Shown here in pieces: positions 22,180 to 34,490 of a stretch of 64,000 nt of DNA. A model generated the notes under the pieces. That model did no database searches. It was not told the origin of the DNA and saw only the letters and a list, made by a program, of their open reading frames with translations. The translations under genes and the position numbers were made by a program. Source of the DNA: an uncultured Nitrospinota bacterium (GTDB lineage Bacteria > Tectomicrobia > Entotheonellia > J063 > CAVPRW01). Each line of letters starts with the position of its first letter. Within the stretch, counting starts at the first letter, position 1. Location of the stretch: the NCBI GenBank assembly GCA_963707985.1, contig CAVPRW010000032.1, forward strand, positions 32,001 through 96,000, given 5' to 3'.

Positions 22180-22665
22180 GTGGACGTCCCGCAAAGGGAC
22201 CACGTGGACGCCCTCTCCTCGCAGCACCAGCAGCTCGGGCGGGCGACCCTCGATGTCTACCAGCGCCAGGTGACCATCAGGGATCTCGTCTTCGATTCTG
22301 TCCTCAGGACGCTTAGGCACCGACTCACCCGCATGGACCGCGTGGATGCAGAGTCGTCCCCGGTCCTCGTCTCGAATGTCATGGGGGCCCTATTAGCTGC
22401 GGCCTATATGGCCTGCAATGAGACGTCACCCCCCGACTTAGGACACGTGATCATCTTCTACAGCGTTGGGGAGCTCACCCGGCAGCGCCTGCATGAGCTC
22501 GGCAGGCCGGGGTACGAGCCATACGCCGGCCGTCTTGGCCTGTATGCACGCTCGCTCGCCTGGACCGTCTATCGGCAGGCACTCGCCAAACATTGCCAGC
22601 CATACCTCGAAGGGACGATCGACCGCACGACCGCCCTCCAGAGCCTCGTGGACGAACTCGGGTAG
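22180..22665 (+). pseudogene. Probable C-terminal fragment of a conserved hypothetical protein
   Basis: Protein-like C-terminus HVIIFYSVGELTR...YEPYA...QPYLEG; no convincing start or RBS. Confidence 0.35.
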
Positions 22666-22701
22666 TGGCACGGTGTCGGCTCACGAAGCCCACCACTACC
22701 C
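22660..22701. repeat. REP-like palindrome (GGGTAGTGG...CCACTACCC)
   Basis: 9-bp perfect inverted repeat containing GTAG; related to the element at 30972. Confidence 0.5.
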
Positions 22702-23019
22702 CAGGGAGTCCAGCGCCATGCTCTTGCGGAACCTGATCGCGATGCGGACTACAGAGCTCCTAGCCGCTGCAACAGCGGATGGAAAACGCCTGGGCAGGCC
22801 GCAGCGAAGGACGGAGACAGCGCACGCACCAGATGCAGGGGCTTGGCGCGTCCACTACCATGGTCATCAGTGCTGCTATTTTTCAGGTGCTTCAGGGATG
22901 GTTCGAACGCCGTGGGCTTGGCCTCCAGAGGCTGAAAGGGGTCGTGCCCTCCTGCCGGTCTACCACGTCAGAAGAGAGAGTGAAGCCCAGAGCCGACTGG
23001 CGGTGACGCCCTAAGGATG

Positions 23020-23260
23020 ACGCGATGCTACAGCTCGCCCTCGTCCGTTTGGTCGAGGCGGCGCCGCTCCTCCAGTAGAGCTTGTCGCTGGCTGCGACGT
23101 ATCGATTCAAACATGCTCTCATCCAGGAGGCGGCCTATCAGTCCTTGCTGAGGAGCCCACACCAGCAGGTGCATCAACGGATCGCTGAACTAGTGGCCCA
23201 TCGTTATACCAAGGCGGGCCTGCCGGCGCAGGCTGTTCGCTATTGTTGGAGGCATACTTG
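23020..23260 (+). pseudogene. Remnant of an AAA-ATPase/adenylate-cyclase-type multidomain protein
   Basis: LVRLVEAA...ATYRFKHALIQEAAYQSLLRS...HQRIA...AGLPAQAVRYC; internal fragment only. Confidence 0.7.
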
Positions 23261-23438
23261 GGGTCCGTTTCCAGTCCGCCCAGCCCATGGCTCAACTGCG
23301 ACGCCAGTGCCCCCCTCCGCGCTTTGAGAAATCCACTTATAACGGGGCTGCGATGTCCTCGCATTTATGACGCGAACGGGATAGAATTCATAGTGGCGAT
23401 GTTCTTCCATGGAGCATGATGCGCAGGAGCAAGCGTCT

Positions 23439-23729
23439 ATGAGCACGCAGATAGGCACTTTGTTGGTTCGTTCGGCAGGCGTCTGTGGTGGGTATCTCCG
23501 GATTAACGGCACACGCATGACCGTTAACCAAGTAGTGGTTTACTACAAGCAAGGATACACCCCTGAAGAGATTGCCGACCAATATCCACACCTGACGCTC
23601 GGGCAAGTCTATGCCGCATTAGCATGCTACCATGCGAATCGTGAAGAAACTGAAGCGGAGCTGGCAGCTGAACAGTTGGAGGCAGATCAACTCGAGCAGG
23701 CATACCAGCAACCACTGAGACGGCCTTGA
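23439..23729 (+). CDS. DUF433 family antitoxin
   Basis: GVCGGYLRINGTRMTV...GYTPEEIADQYPHLTLGQVYAALACY; stop overlaps the next start. Confidence 0.9.
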   Translation: MSTQIGTLLVRSAGVCGGYLRINGTRMTVNQVVVYYKQGYTPEEIADQYPHLTLGQVYAALACYHANREETEAELAAEQLEADQLEQAYQQPLRRP

Positions 23730-24115
23730 TGCAGATTCGCTTGTATGTAGACGAAGATGCGATGGCACGGGCGCTCGTGAGGGGACTACGAGCACGGGGA
23801 GTCGATGTTACGACTGTGCTCGATGCGAATATGTCGGAACGTGAAGATATGGCCCAGCTGGAGCATGCGACCCAACAAGACCGCGTGCTCTATACATGTA
23901 ACGTCGGACATTTTTGCCATCTTCATGCCCAGTACATGGCTCCGAGCAAGGATCATGCCGGAATCATCGTGGTCTCTCGGCAACGCTATTCGGTTGGTGA
24001 AAAGATACGGCGGTTATTACAACATATCAGCATGAAGTCTTCAGAGGAGGTGGGAAACAACCTGCAATTCCTTTGCTGGCAGAAGTCATCGGCGAGCATG
24101 ACAGGTTCATGGTAG
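23726..24115 (+). CDS. DUF5615 family PIN-like toxin
   Basis: IRLYVDED...LRARGVDV...D..QLEHA.QQDRVLYTCNVGHF...HAGII; follows DUF433. Confidence 0.88.
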   Translation: MMQIRLYVDEDAMARALVRGLRARGVDVTTVLDANMSEREDMAQLEHATQQDRVLYTCNVGHFCHLHAQYMAPSKDHAGIIVVSRQRYSVGEKIRRLLQHISMKSSEEVGNNLQFLCWQKSSASMTGSW

Positions 24116-24309
24116 CGTGTGCGCTGTCTTCATGTCGCTCCCAACCACCCAAGGCATCAGATTGGGCCTACAGATGGCGTGGCACTCATCCGTACCCATC
24201 AGCCTCAGGCAAGTGAAGGCGTGGACGTTCATGAGCTCGCAGTCATGAAGGAATACACAGCAAGCAGGGCGATACACCTGGCCTTTCCAGTTGAGACTTC
24301 TAGCGGGCA

Positions 24310-27300
24310 ATGATCGATGTACGGGCGGCTGTCAACGACCTCATGCGGTTCGTGCGGCACGCGATGATGCCGGAAGCGAAGGGCGAGTTCATCTCTCGCC
24401 AGTCAATTCTACTCCAATTGGGCGTCTCGGACCCTCGTGCGTTGTTCCCATGCCTTTCCGCGATCAAGAAGGTCGAGCGGCTGATCCCACGCGAGGCATC
24501 CCGGATTGTGACCGAGCGGATGTTGAGCGGTGACCAGCGCATCTGTCTTCACGGCGAAGGCGGCTGCGGGAAAACCACAGCACTGCAGGAGATAGAACCT
24601 CTGTTGCCTCAGGGCTCCGTTGTCGTCATCTTCGGCTGCTATGGTGGTGGCCGCTACCTGGATTCCGACGGCTATCGGCACCGACCGCGGGACGCCTTCC
24701 TCCAGCTCTCAAATGATCTGGCCAGTCAACTCCGTATCCCGCTGCTCGTCAGCCGATCGGCGGATCTCGACTATCCGAAGGTGTTTAAGAGGCGGTTGGC
24801 GAAAGCCGCTGATGTGGTGGCCTCTCGGGCTGGGGACGCCCTCCTCGTTATCGTTGTCGATGCGATGGACAATTCTGTCATGGCCGCGAACACCCGATCC
24901 CCGGCGGAAAGGAGCTTCATCCACGATTTCGTCTCCTTGGGCGAATTACCCGGGAACGTCCGCTTCGTCGTGACGGCGCGAACGGGACGTATGTACATGC
25001 TCAACCTTCCGCTCGGTTTCTCTCAGATCCAGATCACCGGATTCGCCCCAAATGAGACCGCTGCTCACGTGTGAGAGATTTGGAGCGACGCCCCAGATAC
25101 CTGGATCGACGACTTCGACCATCTGTCACACGGCAACCCGCGGGTGCAGCAGTATGCGCTGGATTATGCTGGAGCCGAGCCGGCGCGGGCGCTTGACCAT
25201 CTGCACCCGATCGGCAAAGGGCTTGTCCAGGTCTTCCGGGAGCAGCTCGCACACGCCCTACGCAAGCAGGGACAGGCTCAAGACATACAGGCTTTCTGCG
25301 CGGGCTTCATCGCACTGCCAAGGCCAGTCCCCATCTCCGATCTTTCAGCAGTCACGGGTTTAAGCGAGGCCCTCATACGCGATCTCTGCGCCGACCTCGC
25401 TCCAGGTGTGCGTCTTACCAACGGGGCAATTGGCTTCGCCGACGAAGACTTTGAGCATTTTGTCCGTGCCGAGGCCGAAGCCCAGCTTCGCCCAATACAG
25501 ATGCGTATGGCCGACCACTTCGGCAGTCGGCACAAATCGGACGCCTACGCCGCAGCCCATGTCGCTGCGGCGCTGCTCGTCGCTGATCGTGGACGGGAGA
25601 TCATCGCTCTCGTTAACGCAGAGCGCGAACCCAAAGCCATCAGCGACCCGGTCTTTCGTCGAGAGACCCAGTTACAACGCCTCCGTGTCGCAATGAAAGT
25701 GTGTAGAGAAACCGGAGATAACGTCGATGCCATGCTAACGCTCCTCATCGGCGCCGAGGCACTCAAGACCGATGCGACCATCCAGCGCATGCTCGTCGAA
25801 AACCCAGATCTCGCCGCTTGCTTTGCCCGTGATCGCTCTAGTAGGGTCGTCCTACGCAACCCGAACGAGATTGAGCACCACGGGCCTCTGCTCTTTCATC
25901 TCATGGTGGCTGATGCTCGCGACGGGAGTGCCATCTCGGTCCGCGAAGGACACACACAGGTCGACGCCTGGCTAAAACGTCGTCATGAGAATTTTGAAGA
26001 GCAGAGAAGAGAGTACCAGAACTCCGAACCGCAAGGCTGGTCCATCACCGATCGCGATATCGCCGCCGAAATCGAAGCCGTGCTTCGTATCGCAGGTTCA
26101 CGGCGTGCAGTACAGAGGGTCTTCCGATGGCGGCCGAGGACCGTGGCGCTGCGGGTTGCTTCGATCCTCTCTCACAAGTTGATCACCTCGGGAGAAGCGG
26201 CTCTCGTCGAACGTTGCCTAACCGAGGCCAAAATCCCGACGCCGTGGGATCTGTTCTTACTCGTGCCACTCGCGCTCGCTGGAAAAGAGGTGGATCTGGC
26301 ACGTCTTGAATCTAGCATTGCGAGTTTTCTTCGTCGCGGGCTGATCCATGTTGATGCGCTGCGCGATACGTGGAGCGACGAGAACCCGACTGCCGAGTAT
26401 CTTGACACGATCCTTACAGCTTGTGAGATGGTCATCACCCGTGGCGGTGACCCCACGACGAGTCACTCCCGTGCTTCAGCAGTTTGCACACCCGGATTTG
26501 CGCCGGCGTGACCGGCTCTTTACCTCACAAGTTGCCCTCATTGACCTGACCCTGCGTGCACACGCACTTCTGGAGCGTCTGGCTGGGCGCAAGACGGCCC
26601 TAGAGACCTACTGGGTTGACCCTCCTGAGCCCCCAGAAGTACTCCCATCGAAGCGGGGAGAACAGCTGAAGCGAGGGGATGCCGAGAAGAAGAAAGAGTT
26701 ACAGGACTTTATCGGGCCACTGGTGGACCTGTATGATGTTCGTAGTCAGGCTTTGATAGGTTTGATTCCACCAGAAGAAATCGATACTCAGCTTCGAAAT
26801 GCTGTCGCTCACTACCGTAATGAAGAGTATCGGCTGTCGAACAATTTCAGAGCGCAGGGGATGAGGACGCGTGCGGCGCTATCGATCACTCGGCTGATGG
26901 CCATTCCCACCCTCGATCGGACCACTCTCTTGGAGCGCACGAGTTCGCTCCTGAGCTCACGAGCGGATCTCTTCGACTCTGCGGAGACACAGATCTTTGC
27001 GAGCCTGGCCCTGGACCGATCGCTACATCAAAAGATCCTGAGCACAATCACAGAGCACGCGACAGCCGTGAGGCGCGCGCGGACATCCGCGGAGAATAAG
27101 CTCACCGCACTTATCCGGTTGGCGCGCCTTCTCCTCCCCATCAGCGACGAAGATGCAGGGAGCCTGTTCAACGAGGCGATCGATGTGGCTGGCGAAGTCA
27201 ACGCTGAAGCGATTCACGAGCTGGCACTGTTCGCGCCGCTCGTCAGGCGTGCTGTGGGCTGCATGAGCATGGAGGAAAGGCGAGCGGTTGCCTGTGATCT

Positions 27301-30143
27301 CGCGATCGTCGTCAGTGATGTCAGTGTCCGCCTCTCAGGGTATGACGGGTTCCCCTGGGCGGAAATCGCTGAGGCGCTCACGATCCTCGATATATGCCTC
27401 GCCCTGGCCGCCGCAGCCCAATGGGAAGATTCGAGCATCGTTGACTGCGACACCTTCCTGCCACCCCTGCTGGACACAGGGCTGTCCCGCCACGAGCTGT
27501 CACCGGTACAGGTCTCCGCCCTCTCGCCATTGCTCGATCGATTAAGCGTCAAGCTGATGATGCACATCATAGAAGAAGCGAACCGGCAGAAATACGATCT
27601 TGAACTGAAGCTGTTGATGGAGGAACTTGCCAAGGACGAGCTCTTGCGGTTCGGTCGGGGTGTCCGGCGGGAGGTCAGCGAAAAGCTGACCTCCCTATTA
27701 ACAAAATGCTCCCCTGGCTTCTGGCTCGATCGATTAGTGCGGGCGACGGCTTTTCACCAGATCGAAAGGCCAGTCAGGGCCTCTTCCCCTCGGGAGGAGG
27801 AACGGTTGCGCAGCCCAGGTCAGGTCGAACGACCTGACCCACTCGATAGTATTGACTGGTCGATGCATCGATTTGTCTCTGCAGAAGACATTCGCGAGCT
27901 GATCAGTCGAATTTTCGCGGCCGCACAAGCGTCAGAAGCCTTTGTCTCCATCTCGACGATTTTGGATCGAATTCGGAATGTCATCTGGCTAAGCGATCGA
28001 ACTCGACATCTTGAAGCACTGAGCCACAGCGAGTGTCAGGAAGTGCCTGACTATGCATTGGCCCAGGCAATTACCAAGTCCATCGACGAGTGGCGTGAAG
28101 CACCATCTGTTAGTCACTGGTGCCAAGAACATCTGATGCAGGTCGTGGTAGATCAATTGCCCGGCTTCAGCCGTTGGCTGGCCAACGGGGATTCTCCCCT
28201 TCCAGCTCTACTCGAAAGCGCCGGTGTACCGGCACACGATATCCCGGCTGCACTCATCGCGGGGATGGAGCGTCATGTCGATAGGCTCAATGCCCCGACT
28301 GTATACGCGCTCGTCGGTTTGGTTGGGCAGTACTGTGAGCCGCAGGACGCGGCGCAAGTCATAACGCGCTATGCTGACCGTCTCGTTCAGCGCATCCCAG
28401 CTGCCGAACGAGAGAACTGGGACCTCACTGACGTGCCAACCGAGGCAGCGGGAGGGATAGTGCGGTTCCTCTATGCTCTCATGTGGGACGTCGACTTCAG
28501 GATTCGATGGCGTGCGGCTCACGTTGCCCGACGACTCGCTCGATTTGGCGATGCCGGCATCATCAACAAGATCGTCGAGCTTTATGGCCGCACATCGGAG
28601 CCAAGTTTCCGCAGGCCGGATGCTCGGTTCTACTGGCTTGCGGCCCGCTTTTGGCTAATGATGGCATTGGATCGGATCGCCGCTGAGGCACTATCGGCGG
28701 TGGGACGTCACGGACAGTGGCTTCTGGAAATCGCAAGCGACAATGAATTCCCTCACCTCCTCATACGCTCGTTCGCAAAGTCTGCTACGTGTAATCTCGT
28801 GGAGAGCGGAGCTCTGGTTCTGGACGCAACTCAACGAGACGCGTTGCAGCGGGCGAACACCAGTCCGGTGCGTCGAAAGAAACGCCGGACGCCGTCTCGC
28901 CGTGACTTCAACAGGTATAGGCAAAGGGAACGCCATGAGCGCCGCTTCTCTTTCGACCCCTTGGATACTCTGCCTTATTGGTACAGTGGGGCGGTGGGAC
29001 GTTTTGCAGATCTCAACAGCGAAGAATTCCTCGACGTCGCCAAACGATGGATCGTCGATCATTGGGGCGCGCAGGGCGAAATTTGGCGTTGGGACCAGGA
29101 GCCACGGCAAGGCCGCTTCTCCAACTATTCGATTTCCTCGCATTCGCACGGAGTGCTGCCGATCCTAGAGCGCTTTCACACCCATCTCGAGTGGCACGCG
29201 ATGTGGTGCGCGATAGGCGAACTGATGCAGACCCGAGCACTCGCGAAAGCCGGAGAGGACTATTATGGCACGTTTGAGCACTGGCTTGCGCTGGAAGGTG
29301 TCACCTCACCTCCATTGTGGCTCGCCGACTTCCACGGCCCGAAGCCTCTCGATGACCGGCTGTGGTTTGCCCCCCAGGATGACGTGAATGCATGGGTAGG
29401 GGATGTGGGCGATGATGACTTTCTCGCCGAGCTGGGGTTGGTCAGTGACGACGGAACGATCGTCGTCGGCGGTTATCACGACACGCGATCGCGCAAGTTC
29501 ATGCTATCGGTTAGGGTTGAAACGGCGCTGGTGTCACCCGACACCGCAAGCGCTCTTGTGCGAGCGCTCCAGACCGTCGGTGATTCCTGGGACTATAGGA
29601 TACCTCCCGCGGGACACGACCTCGAGATCGATGCTGCCCCTTATAAGTTCCTAGGCTGGCTTATCGATGTCGAGCACGAATTAGGGATCGATGAGCGCGA
29701 CCCACTCCGGTACGGGGTTCGCGCCATCGGGTGCCGTGCCTCGCACAAGACAGAAACGGCCCTCGATCTCAAGTTTGCTCACAACGACCAGGCGAGATGG
29801 GTCGACGCCAGCCGTCAGCACGCGGTGTTCTTCTATGACGCGTGGGGGGGATAACCGAGGGGATGAGCGCGATGACAGCATCCGCTACGACGAGACTGTT
29901 CGCTCCAGTGGCTGGCGCCTTCGAGCCGACAGAGAAAAGCTGAGGGCTCTTCTCACTCAGGTGGGTCTTGATCTCATCGTCGAGATCGAGATTACGCGAA
30001 GGAACAAGGGTTATGACTACTCACGACATGACGAAGAAGGGGCAAAGGAAGCACGGTTCGACAGGGTCGTCCTCCTCCGGAGAGATGGAAGTATCGAAGC
30101 CGCCGAAGGACGTCTTGCCACTTGGACGGCATCTCGTCCGTGA
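24310..30143 (+). pseudogene. avs3a: Avs3a-like antiviral STAND ATPase; N-terminally truncated, with in-frame TGA (25072-25074) and frameshifts near 26455 and 29845
   Basis: About 5.8 kb of co-directional coding in four pieces; Walker A HGEGGCGKTT, Walker B IVVDAMD, long helical C-terminus; the 3' end overlaps an Avs3b-like gene. Confidence 0.75.
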
Positions 30144-30753
30144 ATTAGGTTTTGAGGAGGGGGTAGATACACTGGGGCGATGGATGGCTCATCATCTGGC
30201 CGAACTTATCGACAAAGCTGAGAACGGGGTGACGTCGGCTGAGCGTTCAGAGGCACGCAAGAGCGCAACGGAAACGATCCTCAAAGTTTGGGAGCACCGG
30301 GCCTCGTTACCACGCAAAGCATACCCGCTGGCACCATATGAGGAGCTCCTGAAGCTTCTCGATCGGCTGCGACCTGGCGACAATCCGTTCCGGTATTTCG
30401 GGACTCCTGCCGAGACGAAACGGGACCACCTTGCCGCGGATCTTTTCGACGCTCTCTCGCGCCTGATGATCGCGCTGTTGCTGATGAAGCTACCCCCTGG
30501 GGCAGAGTCAACAAAAGAGGATGCTGCCGCCATCGAAGCTCTCAGCGATACAGAACAGCACGTATTGAGCACTCTCCACCAGTGCGGCGAGCTTTTCAGG
30601 TCGATGGACAAGAGTACTGAACGAACGCGAAAGAGCAAGAAAGGTGGCGCCGCCGTGAAAGTGAACCTTGACGAAGCGGCGGTCGGTTTGATCGAAAATC
30701 TCATGACTACCCTTGGTGGGTTACGGAGCGAGCTTGAGGAGGGCCGCCGATAG
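30085..30753 (+). CDS. avs3b: Avs3b-like small partner protein
   Basis: VLPLGRHLVRELGFEEGVDTLGRWMAHHLAELI...ETILKVWEHR, recalled as the Avs3b N-terminal signature; directly downstream of a giant STAND gene. Confidence 0.8.
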   Translation: MEVSKPPKDVLPLGRHLVRELGFEEGVDTLGRWMAHHLAELIDKAENGVTSAERSEARKSATETILKVWEHRASLPRKAYPLAPYEELLKLLDRLRPGDNPFRYFGTPAETKRDHLAADLFDALSRLMIALLLMKLPPGAESTKEDAAAIEALSDTEQHVLSTLHQCGELFRSMDKSTERTRKSKKGGAAVKVNLDEAAVGLIENLMTTLGGLRSELEEGRR

Positions 30754-30971
30754 CTCATGTATCAGTGGGGTCAGCATCCAAAACAATGACCTTGATGGTG
30801 CCATTGGATACCTGCCGTGATCCAAGAGGTAACCGCACGTTTCCAAATTAGCTCACAGAAGATCCCGACACGCGTGTTCCAGCTTATCGACTGTATAATT
30901 CGTATTGTGCTTACGAAACAGGGCAGCGGTGGTCATACGAATAAGGTACGGCGATGGGCAACCCTGGAGAA

Positions 30972-31014
30972 AATGGTAGTGGATCAATTTCAGGCAGACT
31001 GACCCACTACCATT
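30972..31014. repeat. REP-like palindrome (AATGGTAGTGGATCA...TGACCCACTACCATT)
   Basis: 14/15-bp inverted repeat; followed by a 16-bp tandem duplication TGTTCTYGAGGCCCGA (31014-31045). Confidence 0.65.
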
Positions 31015-31047
31015 GTTCTCGAGGCCCGATGTTCTTGAGGCCCGATG

Positions 31048-31950
31048 CTAGCGGAACTGTGGCACCACCCTGTGGGCAATCTCCTGCATCAACTCAGTAA
31101 TCCTCGGGATATCTCCGGTATTCAATGCCAAGACGACATGGTCCACTCCTGCGCGCTGGTAGGCGCTGACACCAGCGATCATCTGATCCACGTTATCGCC
31201 GAGGAGACGGCTCCGGTTTTGGGCTCTCTGACTCGACGCCCGGCCGTGGGCTTCCACTTCGACGCGGATCGACATCGTCAGGGAGTCCGGATCACGTCCG
31301 GCAGCACTGGCTAATTTGCGCACCTCCTCGCGCCCGGCACCAAACTCCTCAGGGGACATTCCTGAAGGATGCCAGCCATCGCCCATGGTAGCCGCTCGTT
31401 TCTTTGCTCCCGGACTGGAGCCGCCCACCCACAGCGGGATGTGAGGTTTCTGTAGGGGCTTTGGGGAGAACTTGAGATCGGAGAAGTGCCAGCGGCTGCT
31501 GTGATAGCTGGGGTCGGGGTTGGTCCACAACTCCTTCATGATAGCGATACACTCGTTGGTGAGTGCGCCTCGCTGCCGCATGGGGATTCCCAGCGCGTCA
31601 AACTCCTCGGTCATAGCCCCGACGCCGACTCCTAACGTCACCCGTCCCCCAGACATGTGGTCCAGCGTGGCGGCATACTTGGCCAGTTCGACCGGATTAT
31701 GATAGGGCAAGACCAACACCGAAGTGGCGAGCCTCACCCGTTTGGTGGTAGCGGACAGGTATGACAGCGTGGCCAGAGGATGATAATACGGCTTATCATC
31801 GAGCCGCTCGCGAATGTAACCATTGTTAAACAGGTGATCCATGACCCAGACGGAATCGTAGCCCAACTGCTCGGCTAGTGGCCCCATAGCCAAAACTTGC
31901 TGCGGATCGTCTATGCCCCAGTTATTGGGAATGGTCACACCAAATTTCAT
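31048..31950 (-). CDS. LLM-class (probably F420-dependent) oxidoreductase
   Basis: AEQLGYDSVWVMDH, NPVELAKYAATLDHMSGGRVTLGVGVG, PKPLQKPHIPLWVGG. Confidence 0.92.
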   Translation of the reverse strand: MKFGVTIPNNWGIDDPQQVLAMGPLAEQLGYDSVWVMDHLFNNGYIRERLDDKPYYHPLATLSYLSATTKRVRLATSVLVLPYHNPVELAKYAATLDHMSGGRVTLGVGVGAMTEEFDALGIPMRQRGALTNECIAIMKELWTNPDPSYHSSRWHFSDLKFSPKPLQKPHIPLWVGGSSPGAKKRAATMGDGWHPSGMSPEEFGAGREEVRKLASAAGRDPDSLTMSIRVEVEAHGRASSQRAQNRSRLLGDNVDQMIAGVSAYQRAGVDHVVLALNTGDIPRITELMQEIAHRVVPQFR

Positions 31951-32825
31951 ATGTTTCTCCTAGGCTCGGTCGTTTCACATCGTCGGGGAGTCTGGTCGAT
32001 TTTCGCCTGCATGTCCATATCCGGGTGCTTACTCGAGTTCCTGCGCCAGAGCGAGAGGCCATCGGCAACAGGCCCGAAGCTATCCATCGCTTTAGGCGCT
32101 GATGTGCCACACTCATTGCCTCGGGGACGAAGATTGGCATGCACACGATCATCACCCTAGGCAAACCCATAGCTGCCGACCCGGCACAGGACCACTGCGC
32201 TGCTGCGGCATGGATTCCTGCCACAATGGGTATGGCAGAGTCATGCTGTGTCGCAGCAGCTGACCCACTTTACCACGGATATGGCTCTGCACAGCAGCAT
32301 CTGTTGAAAAACTGGTGCGGCCTTTGTGCTCATATAGCACTTATAGCATTAGGTGGGATTAGGCTTCCAGTGGCGAGGTAGCCGAGGTAAAATATTGGCT
32401 CTCGCTGAGGTTCTGCTGGCGAAAGGTTGCGGCGCGGGTGGGATTGCCACGGCTGGCAATGACTGCAACTGGATCAGGTCATGGGCATCGCTGCCGCCGG
32501 TGAGAATTCTTCGCCAAGCGGATGCGAAGAATTCTGGGAGCGGGTGGTGTGGAGGGGTTAGGAAAGGTCCTAACCCTGTTCCGTGAGTAAGCGTGACAAT
32601 AGCAGGGCTTCGCCCCATCCCGTCTTTTTCTGTGCTGAGGGGGCCAGGGCCATCGTCGGCCCCTGGGGGACGCCCCTCGGACAGGCCATGTCATCACAGT
32701 ATTCACCTTCAATATCATTGAGTTAGATAGAGACACCGAGACGTTTGGTGAGCCGCTCTGGCGCATTCACCATTCCAGTGAGCGGTATCACCTCGACATG
32801 TGACGAAAGGATGAAACAGAGCACC

Positions 32826-33293
32826 ATGACTGAAGAACGAGCAACACCAGAAAATCGCCCTCATGATTGCGCAGGGCGCGACAAACAAAGCGACGGCGGA
32901 AGCCTGTGAAGTGTCCACTGGAACACCATCACCCGCTCGCTCCAGAAGCCGTTCATGAGAAAGAGCTGATCGAAGCGGCCAAGGCCGAAATGGCGGTCGC
33001 GCTGGCGGAGGTGAGGACGGAGCTGCCGAAGATGGTAGCGGAGAAGGCGGCGAAGACCCTGGCAGCCCGTTTTGATGAAGCTAGCACCCAGAGCGACTGA
33101 GCGCATGAACGAATTAATGGAGCAGGAGGAGAACCTGACAGTGTCTCTGAAAGCTAGCCAGGACATCCTGAATAGGAGCGAGAGCGCTCCAAAAGTTGTG
33201 TTACACGCTGAGACCAAGAGCGAGTCTACCGAGCGGCGCATCATTATCGACGCCCAGTGGCTACGCCAAATGCATCTTGGCCGTGCCCCGTGA
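32826..33293 (+). pseudogene. Phage-type HTH protein resembling a terminase small subunit, several frameshifts
   Basis: Stitched across frames: LKNEQHQKIALMIAQGATNKATAEACEVHWNTITRSLQKPFM/ELIEAAKAEM.../LAPRATERMNELMEQ...SLKASQDILNR. Confidence 0.45.
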
Positions 33294-33486
33294 GCTGATC
33301 GATGTGACCCCAGAAACGCCTGAACTCCCGGAGAGATTCCGGGGAATGGTCGCCTCGGACGAGGAATAGTGAGTGCGGCGCATAGAAGATAGCGGGCGCG
33401 AAGGGTGACGCACTCTTCGTTTTGGGGCTTTTGGGCGTTGTGGCGCGAGGCCATGCGCTCGAAGGCATCACAAGGAGGAAGGTAAA

Positions 33487-34252
33487 TCATCGAGGGGGAG
33501 AGGTTTTCCTCCCTCCCGATCGGTGTTTACGCTTAAGAGCCGAACAGTCCACGAAGATCACAGCGGGTGCATTGGCCTGACCGAAGTGAGTAGCCAGGGC
33601 GCTCTCGACCAACCGGGTTAAGCGGTTGCGGACGCGCCAGTAGTTGAAAAAGTGCAACACAAAAAGCACTACCAATGAAACGAGAGGGGGCCAATCTTGC
33701 GATAAAAACTCTTGCCAAGAAGACGGCCGCGGCGGGGGGCACCACCAGTAGGGACACCACCAGTAGTAGACAACACCCCAGGCCAGTCCTGCGCACATAA
33801 ATGCCATAAACCCAGCTCCCAGGCCGTGCATGAGGTCGCTCAGTGCATCTATCCGGCGTACAAGGGTCTCTCCGATTTTTGTAATCTATTCCCGGTTCCC
33901 CCTGGCCGATACCATAAAATGGTGATCACATCCTCTGCTGCCTCACGGGTCAAACGTTCTCCTACTACGTCGGGCCTCTCTGCATAGGCCACTAACTTGA
34001 GCCATCCATGGGATAGAGCCGCCTTCACAAACCCCCTGTGGTCAATCCCATACCACTTGCACCACCAGAATAAGCAATGGTGTGCGAGACTAACAGGTAG
34101 CCGAGCCCTCCCGCCAAGGCAACGAGCAAAGCGATAAGACCTGCACTGTTAGCCCCCGGCGGTGTGAGCAGACTACTGATTAGATATCTCTTTGGGGTCA
34201 TGAGGGGCCAGCAAGGCGACTTCAGCCAGAAATACCAAGGCAGGGACGACAT
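33487..34252 (-). pseudogene. Frameshifted hypothetical membrane protein
   Basis: Hydrophobic segments in two or three consecutive minus-strand frames (GLIALLVALAGGLGYLL; LMHGLGAGFMAF...PLVSLVVLFVLHF). Confidence 0.4.
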
Positions 34253-34490
34253 AGCGGAGGAACCGTCGTGTCTCGTCCATAGAGTGCTCTTCGCCTCAGA
34301 CGATGCCCGAGTCTGCCTACCGGGTCGGGATACGAGCGCTTACTGTAGGGCAGGCTAGGTAGGGAGTCAAGGGCACGATGAACGAGGCGAGCGGGTGTTT
34401 GATTTTCCCCAGAGGCAAGCATACAATCCTGCAGCGGTACTCGTCCGAGATCAGTGACAACAGGCATTAGAAGTCCAGTGGGGAGTTGAG

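Noticed and set aside
25072..25074. In-frame TGA in avs3a as selenocysteine
   Set aside because: Not in a redox motif and no evident SECIS; a CGA-to-TGA nonsense change is simpler.
31014..31045. 16-bp tandem duplication as a functional array
   Set aside because: Only two copies; most likely a local slippage or duplication event.
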